Source of the DNA: Gammaproteobacteria bacterium
Lineage (GTDB): Bacteria > Pseudomonadota > Gammaproteobacteria > SZUA-229
Assembly (NCBI GenBank): GCA_016744065.1
Contig: JADGFA010000002.1
Location: 28,796 to 92,795 of the forward strand
Length of the DNA stretch: 64,000 nucleotides
Direction of reading: 5' to 3'
A model generated the notes under the pieces. That model was not told the origin of the DNA. It did not search any database and was given only the letters and a program-made list of their open reading frames with translations. Of the stretch, positions 41,587-50,291 are shown piece by piece. A program made the position numbers and the translations under genes. Every line of letters begins with the position of its first letter. The stretch's first letter is position 1.

Positions 41587-41599
41587 TAACTCATTGATT
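41587..41599 (-). promoter_or_regulatory. IHF-binding site
   Basis: Minus strand AATCAATGAGTTA fits WATCAANNNNTTR; upstream of the sigma54 site. Confidence 0.5.
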
Positions 41600-41795
41600 T
41601 TATAGGTGAAGTTTGAAATGTATTTGTCATTTTTCAGATGAATAGTGGTTTATATTCAGGCGCTCTATTGTAAATATTATCGACATGATGCACGGTTTAT
41701 TGACGCTTTATATTTAAACAAAGAGAAATTGTCTTTTTCAGGTTTATCATGCTTATTTATATGCTTTAAGTGTACTAATAATGGTTTTTTTCAGG

Positions 41796-43061
41796 TTAAA
41801 AGAAATAGCGACGTAAATTGATTTCAAATATATTGCGATCATAGGTGAAATCATCCAGATTTGAGTCATTATCTGTAAATGTATACTGGGTATTTACAGT
41901 CCATGACTTGAGAAATCCGCCGTGGAAGTCATGGCTTATACCCAATACAGCCAGTAACTCGGTTTCATTGCGTTTCTCTGTGTAACCTTTTGTGATGTCG
42001 GCCGCTTTATATCTGTAGTCACGGCTGCTTAATGTTAAATATGCTCGAGCATTTTCCCAGGCAGGTATCTGGCCACCGAAGTATATTTCACCACCAGTCG
42101 AATGGAGTGCACCATCTTTAGCGCCATTATTGTGATATTTAATGCCTGCCTGTAAGCCGATAGACTGATCAGTATAAAATTTGGCAATATCTATACCCCA
42201 TACTGTCATAGTGCCGGTCAGACCTTTGTCTTCCTGTTGATCGTACTCACGGGCTGTCGTGGTATTTTCAAATGTGATCTCAAGGTCTTCCTGAATACTG
42301 TAGGTGTAAAGTGGGTTGATACCTGCGTATTTTGCATAATCGTCTTTGCCGAATATAAGCTTGTCCAGTTTAAAATTGAAGGCAGCACGCCAGCGCTTTT
42401 CTTCAGAAATGAAGGCAGGGCCTGTGCTAAGTGATAATACTGAGAGGTTAAATTCAGTATTATCAGATCCATATGCTTTGCTATAGGCTGTGGCCTGGGT
42501 TTGCCATTCAAAGTCAACAATAGAGTTATTAATATGCATAGCCTGGCTGGCACGTGAGCGATGTGAATAGGTGAACATAAACTGCCCGCCGCTGCCATTT
42601 TCTTCGGATGATATATTGGTGTTGCCTGTTATATCTTTTCCTGGGCCCAGATTTATATTTGAATCAGTGAACATGCCTGCTGATATATACATGGATGATG
42701 TGGAGCGTTGGGCGGCTGTTTTGATATCACCAGATAACTGAGCCATATATGCGGTTACCGATAATTTAACTTCATCCGGAGTTTCGGGGTCATTTAAAAC
42801 CTGACTTAACTGATCTTTTGCATCTTCATAGCGGCGGGTTAGATGATAAGAAATGGCAAGCTCAAGGCGCGCGCGATTAAGGCTGGGCTGGTTGCTTAAT
42901 ATGGTTTCAAAGAGCTCAATAGACTTAAACAGCTCTCCATTTAAGCGATAACGCATTGCTTCATTAAATAAAACTTCTGGATCTACAGCCTCTTCAGCAT
43001 AGGTGTTAGGCGAAGCTAATGCCATGTATAAACAAGCTGCCACCAGAATTTTCCTGATCAT
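41796..43061 (-). CDS. Slam/DUF560-like (type XI secretion) TPR plus beta-barrel outer-membrane protein
   Basis: Signal peptide, TPR with RARLELA, DSNINLG, amphipathic strands, terminal RYFF. Confidence 0.78.
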   Translation of the reverse strand: MIRKILVAACLYMALASPNTYAEEAVDPEVLFNEAMRYRLNGELFKSIELFETILSNQPSLNRARLELAISYHLTRRYEDAKDQLSQVLNDPETPDEVKLSVTAYMAQLSGDIKTAAQRSTSSMYISAGMFTDSNINLGPGKDITGNTNISSEENGSGGQFMFTYSHRSRASQAMHINNSIVDFEWQTQATAYSKAYGSDNTEFNLSVLSLSTGPAFISEEKRWRAAFNFKLDKLIFGKDDYAKYAGINPLYTYSIQEDLEITFENTTTAREYDQQEDKGLTGTMTVWGIDIAKFYTDQSIGLQAGIKYHNNGAKDGALHSTGGEIYFGGQIPAWENARAYLTLSSRDYRYKAADITKGYTEKRNETELLAVLGISHDFHGGFLKSWTVNTQYTFTDNDSNLDDFTYDRNIFEINLRRYFF

Positions 43062-43298
43062 TTAAGTACTCTCAAAGTGATTTTGCGTGATATTGACGTT
43101 TTTTATATATATTTACAAGGGAAAACGTACAGTTATTCCACCTGGTCGAGACTTATTCTGATTAAATAAGCCATTTATTAAATATAATTATCAGGTGTAA
43201 ATGTTCTACAATTTGCCGTTAAGTTATTGTATTTGTAAGCTGCTCAAAGTGTGTCTGAGTATGTGTCTGGTTCATATTATTGTTAAGAGGAGGGTTAT

Positions 43299-43931
43299 TT
43301 GAGCTGTAAAAACAGATATTGCTTATACGGGTATATTTTTTTGTTTGTTTTGCTGCCTGAGGTTGTTCTTGCAGGACTTTTTGGGTATCAGTCAAATGAG
43401 CGTGAAAATTTAAAACTGTTTCCTCAATGGTTATCGGTTTTAGAACGTAATATTAAACAAAAGGCATTAGAAGGAAACTGTGAAAATAACAGGCTTGATC
43501 ATTGTCATGTTAGAGACTGGTTGAGGTTTTTAAAAAGCATTCAGTCGCTTTCAAAAATGCAACAGATAAATAAAGTTAATTTATATGCTAATGAGCATGA
43601 CTATCTTCTGGATATTGAGAATTACGGAGTAAAAGACTATTGGGCGACACCACGAGAGTTTTTATATAATAATGGTGATTGTGAAGATTACGCAATAACA
43701 AAAATGCTATCCCTTAAGATGCTTGGTTTTAATATGCAGAGTATTAAGCTGGTGGTATTACAGGATACAAATTTAAAAATTCCACATGCGGTTTTAGCTT
43801 TATATATTAAGGACGATATATTAATAATGGATAATCAGGTAGACGAAGTTATTTCACATAAACATATTTTGCATTATGTTCCTGTATATGCCGTTAATGA
43901 AAAAAAGTGGTGGATGTTCCTGCCTCAATAA
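43299..43931 (+). CDS. Transglutaminase-like cysteine protease (BTLCP/LapG family)
   Basis: Signal-like N-terminus; DYWATPREF, GDCEDYAITK, HAVL, IMDN (Cys-His-Asp triad). Confidence 0.9.
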   Translation: MSCKNRYCLYGYIFLFVLLPEVVLAGLFGYQSNERENLKLFPQWLSVLERNIKQKALEGNCENNRLDHCHVRDWLRFLKSIQSLSKMQQINKVNLYANEHDYLLDIENYGVKDYWATPREFLYNNGDCEDYAITKMLSLKMLGFNMQSIKLVVLQDTNLKIPHAVLALYIKDDILIMDNQVDEVISHKHILHYVPVYAVNEKKWWMFLPQ

Positions 43932-43965
43932 GAGGGTCTTTTAAAATTTAAATAAGTAATATTGT

Positions 43966-45987
43966 ATGAAAGTTAAAAATAATGCATTTAAAATAAAGTT
44001 CCCCCCCGTATTGGCAAGTGTATTTTTGGGCCTATTTATTGTAATAAGTTTATGGTTGATATTTGAGTATGCGGAAAAAGAAAAAAATCGTGATTTGACT
44101 AACTGGCAGTCACGTCTGGCGCTATTGGCTGAGATAAGATCGGCGGCTGTTGAAGACTTGATATGGAAGCAAAAAAAACAATTAAAAAAACTGGCTGAAA
44201 ATACAAGTCTCAGGTTGTTTCTATCGGAGTATAATAATAGAGATAAAGTGAATGAAGTCGTATTGAGTGCAGTGCAGGGGCATGTGAGGAATTTGTTAAG
44301 GGCGAGCGCAGGAAGCTTTGGATTTCTGGAAAATATAACGGCTATTAAGAAAAACAGTTCTGGTGAGTATGGTCTTGCGGTACTGGATAAAAAGCAAATA
44401 CTGGTTATGTCTACAAAAGGTTTTCCTGTCGATATTGAAGCGCATAAAGCTGTAGTTAAAAAAACATATAATGCAGCGAAAATACAGGTAATTGATCTGT
44501 ATTCGGGTGAGAGCAAACAATCGGTCTATGGATATATTATGCCTGTTTTTCAGGTTCAGGACATTGAATTAATAGAGCCTGTAGGTGCAGTTATATTGTT
44601 ATTGAATCCGCAGAAAGATTTATACCCAATATTGAAAAACAGACAAAGTATAACCGGTTCAGATGAAAGTTTACTGGTGAGGCAGGAAGGTGCCAGTCTT
44701 GTTTATATAAGCCCGATAAAAGAAGATTATAATTTATTTCATCGCCTTCCTGATAATAATAATCAACTGGCATCGTCGTATGCTTATCATAATCCAGGCG
44801 GTTTCAGGGAAGTTCAGGACTATCGAGGTAACAATGTGTTGGTTACCGGGCGAGAAGTTAAAGATACGCCCTGGAAACTGGTTCAGAAAATTTCAGCGTC
44901 TGAGGCGTTAGCTGAATCAAATAGCCATCAGACGTTTTTGTTAACAACATTTATCTTATGTGTTTTTTTTGTAGCAATGGCCTTTGTCGCAATTTGGCGG
45001 CATAGTACCAGTTTAAGATTACAGTCTTTGAGTAATGTGCTTGAGGCGCGGACTATTTTGCTCGATGCAGTTACCGATAACATAAAAGATAATATTATTT
45101 TACTGGATCAGAACTCAAAAATTATCTTTATGAATTCTGCGTTTTCACATTTATTGTCGATAGATATTGATGAAATAAAATCAAAACATATAACCAGTGT
45201 GTTAGGCAAGGAAACGGCAGAACGATTGATAAATAGTATATGTGCTGATACTAAAACCTGTGTTATGTCTTTGCAGATTGATTCCTGTGAACGGGTATAT
45301 CATGTGGTCTCTACGCGACTGGTTTATGGTGAGCACCAAAGTGCTGTGTTATATGTGTTGCATGATATAAGTGAATTAAAACAGGAACAGGAAAAGCGTG
45401 AGCAATTGGGGCAGGGTATCATTGGGACTCTGGTTAAAGCGGTGGATATGCATGATCCGTATTGCATAAATCATTCTGCACGCACCCGGGATGTTGCAAT
45501 CGCGATTGCTAAAGAAATGAATTTAACTGAGATGCAGTTAGAGTCGCTGGAAATGGCGGCTTTATTAGCAAATATAGGTAAGTTGTATGTTCCAAAGGAA
45601 ATACTGACTAAAATGGAAGCGCTATCTGATAACGAATCAAAACAGTTGAGAAAACATATTGGGTTTGCTGTCGATATATTATCTGAGCTCCCTTTTAGTG
45701 GGCCTGTGGTTGATATTATTTCACAGAAAAGTGAGTTCCTTGACGGCAGCGGCTATCCAGAAGGGCTGGCAGGTAGTGACATTATGCTTGAATCGAGAAT
45801 ACTGGCTGTAGCAAATGCATTTGTCGCCATGGCTAGCTCACGGGCGTATCGTGAAGGGCGAGCGGTAAAAGAGGTGGTGGATATACTTCTGGAGCAATCT
45901 GAGTCACATTACGATCGCCATGTTGTTGCTGCTTTATTTCATATTTCAGAGAATAAAGCAGACTGGAAAACGTGGCAGAGAACATAG
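43966..45987 (+). CDS. Membrane dCache-PAS-HD-GYP protein with degenerate active site
   Basis: 2 TM around a periplasmic domain ending WKLVQKI, PAS (..VLHDISE), DGSGYP and RAYR kept; HD is AN, HHE is KSE. Confidence 0.85.
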   Translation: MKVKNNAFKIKFPPVLASVFLGLFIVISLWLIFEYAEKEKNRDLTNWQSRLALLAEIRSAAVEDLIWKQKKQLKKLAENTSLRLFLSEYNNRDKVNEVVLSAVQGHVRNLLRASAGSFGFLENITAIKKNSSGEYGLAVLDKKQILVMSTKGFPVDIEAHKAVVKKTYNAAKIQVIDLYSGESKQSVYGYIMPVFQVQDIELIEPVGAVILLLNPQKDLYPILKNRQSITGSDESLLVRQEGASLVYISPIKEDYNLFHRLPDNNNQLASSYAYHNPGGFREVQDYRGNNVLVTGREVKDTPWKLVQKISASEALAESNSHQTFLLTTFILCVFFVAMAFVAIWRHSTSLRLQSLSNVLEARTILLDAVTDNIKDNIILLDQNSKIIFMNSAFSHLLSIDIDEIKSKHITSVLGKETAERLINSICADTKTCVMSLQIDSCERVYHVVSTRLVYGEHQSAVLYVLHDISELKQEQEKREQLGQGIIGTLVKAVDMHDPYCINHSARTRDVAIAIAKEMNLTEMQLESLEMAALLANIGKLYVPKEILTKMEALSDNESKQLRKHIGFAVDILSELPFSGPVVDIISQKSEFLDGSGYPEGLAGSDIMLESRILAVANAFVAMASSRAYREGRAVKEVVDILLEQSESHYDRHVVAALFHISENKADWKTWQRT

Positions 45988-46313
45988 TATTGAATTAGTT
46001 GCCAGTTAAGCTTAAGGAGTGATATGTATGTCTGAACAGGAATTAAGCTTTATTGTGTGCCCTGAGCTTTAGTGCTGGCCCAGATGTCGTAAAACAACAG
46101 ATTGGGTTGAGCCCAGAGTTTACGGCGAATTTACTATGGAGTGTTGGTGTTAGTATGTTTAACTAATACTATAAGCCCCGCAGCATATTTACAGGGTGTT
46201 TTTAGTGAAAAAATAAGTATATTAGTATTAACTGTTTGTTTTTTATTCAAATGACAGACATTATCCTATATTAGTAAAAATAAATGAGCACAAGTCAGGA
46301 GCTTGCTACAGAC

Positions 46314-48398
46314 ATGTATGAATCTTTTTATGGGCTTACGGAAAAGCCATTTACATTATTGCCTGATCCGGATTATCTGTATCTGAGCCAAAAGCATCAG
46401 CGGGCGTTGACGCTTCTTGAATATAGCATGATGAACCAGGCTGGTTTTAGTGTTATATGTGGTGATACGGGTGCAGGTAAAACAACCCTGATTCGACGCC
46501 TCCTGGTTGGGCTGGGTGATGATACTAAAGTTGGTCTGATAACTAATACGCACCATGCGTTTGGTGAGCTGCTTAATTGGGTGCTTATGGCATTTGGCCT
46601 GGATGGTGAAGGCCAAAGTAAGGCGCAAATGCATCAGATGTTCATTCGTTTCTTAATTGAGCAGTATGCGCAGAAGAAACATACTGTTTTGATCGTCGAC
46701 GAAGCCCAGAATATGAATGCAGATACATTGGAAGAGCTGCGCATGTTGTCCAATATTAATGCAGATAAAGATCAGGTATTACAGGTTATTCTTGCTGGGC
46801 AGCCGGCATTACGCGAGACGTTACGTCAACCTGAATTAATGCAGTTTGCGCAGCGTATAGCGGTAGATTATTATCTTGAGTCATTAAGTATTGAAGAAAC
46901 TAATGCTTATATTCATCATCGCCTGAAAGTTGCCGGAACGGAAGCGTCCATTTTTACTGAAGCGGCTTGTGAAGCAATATATAAATACAGTGGTGGTACC
47001 CCTCGTTTAATTAATCTGCTATGTGATACAGCACTTGTATATGGTTTTGCCGAACAAAATAAAACGATTGGTGAGCAGCTGATACATGATGTTGTGAGCG
47101 AGCAGCATAGTAACAGTATTATCCCTGCATTTAATACGGGCCAGCCGGCTCAGGACTCAGTGTTTTCAGCTGACAATATAACGCAACAATCGATAAATCA
47201 GTCAAAAACAGAAATAGAGCAGAAAGCTAATGCACAAAGAACGGTTGATAAAAAACAGGAAGAAAAATTAGTTAGTGCAGAGCAGCAGGTAATTAAAAAA
47301 GATGTGGCTGAAATATCAAAAAAATTATTTCAGCAGGCGAGAGGTGTGGAGCAGCTTGTCCCTGTGGTTCATTCGGAATCTCAGGTGAATATAGAAAAAG
47401 TCCATACTCAGAGTGCAGCCATAGATGAATCAAATGTAAGGCCGATAAAAGCAACACGCCCGTCAGAAAGTAAAACGGATGAATTTAAAATAGAAGATGA
47501 AGGAGTACAGCCTGAGGGTGCAGTAGATTCTGAAGGAAACCTGGAAGAAGGTGTAAGCAGTAAAAGTTCATTTATAGATATTGATAAGCAGCCCCCTGAA
47601 GCAAGCATAGTTGATACGGATGCCGCGCCTCTGTATATGTCACAAAGAAAGTATGATGAGGATGTTTATCATCCTATGATACATATTGAAGAAGGCCCGG
47701 GAAAGGGGCTTAATATGATTATTATAGGTGTAGTGGGGGGGATGTTTATTGCGTCTTTGATAATGATGATTGCAGCCTGGATGATGTTTGGTTCAAGAGA
47801 GAACACTAGCCAACAGGAAGTACGACAAAATGCGCGGCAGCAGCCACAATGGGAAGTGGAAAACCGAGAACTAAAAGCATTACAGAAAGAACGTGATGCT
47901 GCAATAGCCGTAACACGGGCACTGGAAAGAGAGCGTGATGCCGCAATAACCACCGCCCGGGTACAGGAAGAAATACGTGCTGCTGAAATGCGTGCCGCAG
48001 AAATATTAGCAGCACAGGAGCAGCGGGCGGAAGTAAAATTAACGCGGGCGAAAGCACGTATCAGAGAGGCAGAACGAGCTGAATCCAGGGCACTGGTTCG
48101 TGAGCGTGAGATGCAGCGCAAGGCGGAAAGAAAAGAGGCTGAATTAAAAAGTGAGCGACTGAATATGTTTCATAAGGAGCAGGCTCGTTTAGAAGTGCTG
48201 GTTGTCGAAAAGGAAATGTCAGCCCGGCGATTACAGGCAAAACAGGTCGAGCAGAAAGAAGTAAAAGAAAAGCCTGTTGAAGAGGCAATAGTTGAGCCAG
48301 ATGTTAAAAGCAAAATTAAAGAAAAGGCAAAAAAAAGATTTTCATCTAACCCCTGTAATAGCCCTTCTGCGAAATTCCTTTCAACATGTAAAAAATAA
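46314..48398 (+). CDS. ExeA-like AAA ATPase with TM segment and coiled-coil tail
   Basis: MYESFYGLTEKPF..PDP, GDTGAGKTT, LIVDEAQ, GGTPRLINLLCD; TM, E/R/A-rich coil, C-terminal NPCNSPSAKFLSTC. Confidence 0.85.
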   Translation: MYESFYGLTEKPFTLLPDPDYLYLSQKHQRALTLLEYSMMNQAGFSVICGDTGAGKTTLIRRLLVGLGDDTKVGLITNTHHAFGELLNWVLMAFGLDGEGQSKAQMHQMFIRFLIEQYAQKKHTVLIVDEAQNMNADTLEELRMLSNINADKDQVLQVILAGQPALRETLRQPELMQFAQRIAVDYYLESLSIEETNAYIHHRLKVAGTEASIFTEAACEAIYKYSGGTPRLINLLCDTALVYGFAEQNKTIGEQLIHDVVSEQHSNSIIPAFNTGQPAQDSVFSADNITQQSINQSKTEIEQKANAQRTVDKKQEEKLVSAEQQVIKKDVAEISKKLFQQARGVEQLVPVVHSESQVNIEKVHTQSAAIDESNVRPIKATRPSESKTDEFKIEDEGVQPEGAVDSEGNLEEGVSSKSSFIDIDKQPPEASIVDTDAAPLYMSQRKYDEDVYHPMIHIEEGPGKGLNMIIIGVVGGMFIASLIMMIAAWMMFGSRENTSQQEVRQNARQQPQWEVENRELKALQKERDAAIAVTRALERERDAAITTARVQEEIRAAEMRAAEILAAQEQRAEVKLTRAKARIREAERAESRALVREREMQRKAERKEAELKSERLNMFHKEQARLEVLVVEKEMSARRLQAKQVEQKEVKEKPVEEAIVEPDVKSKIKEKAKKRFSSNPCNSPSAKFLSTCKK

Positions 48399-48797
48399 AG
48401 CTGTTTTTAGAAAAATAGTCAGCCTGACATCAGTTGTTTTCTTATCTTAAAGTGTGAAACAGGTTTCAGATTAATATTGGTAGTGTATTAGTATTTATAA
48501 AGCAAAAATTATATTAAAGGATTAATTATGAGTGCAAAATATAGTCTGATGGTAGTAATTGTCGTCGCTGCCCTGTTAATGATAAGTAGCTTATAGGTTT
48601 CGCAGCCTTATTTTTTTGGGTTGTATTATTATAAGGTGCCCACGAAAACAGATCATCCCTTTGGTTTTCAATGTTGCATGGGTTTAAAAAGAGTACAGAT
48701 TGTTTTTGGTGTAATTTGATGCATTATAAAAATTATATATACTTGACGTGTAATTGAACTACACTGTTTATGTTTATGTATAAATATAGGACGTTAT

Positions 48798-50264
48798 ATG
48801 CAGTCACCTGAAGTCACAAAAAATATTCATTTACATTGGCGCAGAACAAAAATAATAGCCACACTTGGCCCAGCAAGTAAAAGTGAAAAGAAAATAACTG
48901 AACTAATTGATGCGGGTGCAAATGTATTTCGATTGAATATGTCTCATGGGACACATGATGAGCATAGAAAGCTGGCCGAGCGCATTCGAAAAATATCAAA
49001 ACGCAAGAAAGAGCATGTCGCTATACTTATGGATTTGTGTGGTCCAAAAATTCGAGTAGGTGATTTTGAGGAGGGTGAAATAGAGTTAATTTCAGGTGAT
49101 GAAGTTGTAGTTAGCTGTACTGCTTCAACAGGTATGGCAGGTTTGATAGCATCGCAATATAAAAGCCTATATAAAGACGTGAAAAAAGATGAAAGAATAT
49201 TGCTTGATGATGGAAAATTAGAGCTAGTTGTTAAATCTGTTAATGGTAAAGAAGTGCATTGTAAGGTTATATACGGTGGAATATTAAAAAATAAAAAAGG
49301 CCTCAATCTGCCTGATTCAAATATTTCTATTAATAGCTTTACGGCCAAGGATAAAAAAGATTCAGAACTGGCAATTGAGTTAGGAGCTGATTTTTTGGCT
49401 TTAAGTTTTGTTCGGGATGAAAAATGTATTACAACTTTAAAACGATATGTGAAAAAATCTGGAGGCGATATACCTGTTATTGCTAAAATAGAAAAACCTG
49501 AAGCAATAAAATACATAGACAATATCCTTTCTGAAGCGGATGGGATAATGGTTGCCCGGGGTGATCTGGGTATTGAAATGCTTGCACAACAAGTGCCTTT
49601 GATACAGAAAGAGTTAATAAATAAAGCAAGACTACATGGGAAGCCTGTAATAGTGGCAACTCAAATGCTGGAATCAATGATAACAAGCTCAAAGCCCACA
49701 AGGGCAGAAGTAAGTGATGTCGCTACTGCTGCGTTATCAAGTGCAGATGCGGTTATGTTATCGGCGGAAACAGCCAGTGGTGATTTTCCTGTGCTTGCAG
49801 TGAATGTTATGAATGATATATTACGTGAAATGGAAGCGTATCAATGGCAGCATGGAAAGTTTGGTGAGGCAGACTTTGAACAGTGTGCAGAAATGATAGA
49901 GCCTGATAGAAAAGCGATAGCAAAAGCGGTAAAAACACTGGCTCATGAGTTAAAGCTACAGGGTATCATCGTGCCTACACGAAGTGGTTCAACAGCACGG
50001 GTGTTATCTGCCGACAGACCGGGAGCACCTTTAATTGGTGTAAGTTCTGATGAAGAAGTCTGTAGGCGACTGGCGTTAAGCTGGGGTGTGGTTCCTATAT
50101 ATATTAAAGAAGAAATAACCCATGACTGGCAGGGGTTATGTAATAAAGTTGCCGACATGTGCAATATCGCAAGTACAGGAAATCGTGTTTTACTTGTATC
50201 TGGCTTTAGTGATGATGCAGAGCTGAATGAACCAGTATTGAAATTAATGAAAATTAAAAATTAG
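48798..50264 (+). CDS. pyk: Pyruvate kinase
   Basis: RRTKIIATLGPAS, FRLNMSHG, IMVARGDLG, ATQMLESM, MLSAETA. Confidence 0.96.
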   Translation: MQSPEVTKNIHLHWRRTKIIATLGPASKSEKKITELIDAGANVFRLNMSHGTHDEHRKLAERIRKISKRKKEHVAILMDLCGPKIRVGDFEEGEIELISGDEVVVSCTASTGMAGLIASQYKSLYKDVKKDERILLDDGKLELVVKSVNGKEVHCKVIYGGILKNKKGLNLPDSNISINSFTAKDKKDSELAIELGADFLALSFVRDEKCITTLKRYVKKSGGDIPVIAKIEKPEAIKYIDNILSEADGIMVARGDLGIEMLAQQVPLIQKELINKARLHGKPVIVATQMLESMITSSKPTRAEVSDVATAALSSADAVMLSAETASGDFPVLAVNVMNDILREMEAYQWQHGKFGEADFEQCAEMIEPDRKAIAKAVKTLAHELKLQGIIVPTRSGSTARVLSADRPGAPLIGVSSDEEVCRRLALSWGVVPIYIKEEITHDWQGLCNKVADMCNIASTGNRVLLVSGFSDDAELNEPVLKLMKIKN

Positions 50265-50291
50265 TTATATAAATATAACAAACTTAATTTT

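Noticed and set aside
43941-44516. 191-aa antisense ORF, and similar ones at 19892-20377, 47669-48121, 48944-49522 and 58254-58715
   Set aside because: Opposite well-supported genes and without motifs; typical antisense shadows
47880-47960. Repeated gaacgtgatgctgcaata / gagcgtgatgccgcaata
   Set aside because: Coding repeat (ERDAAI) in a coiled coil, not a DNA-level repeat or CRISPR
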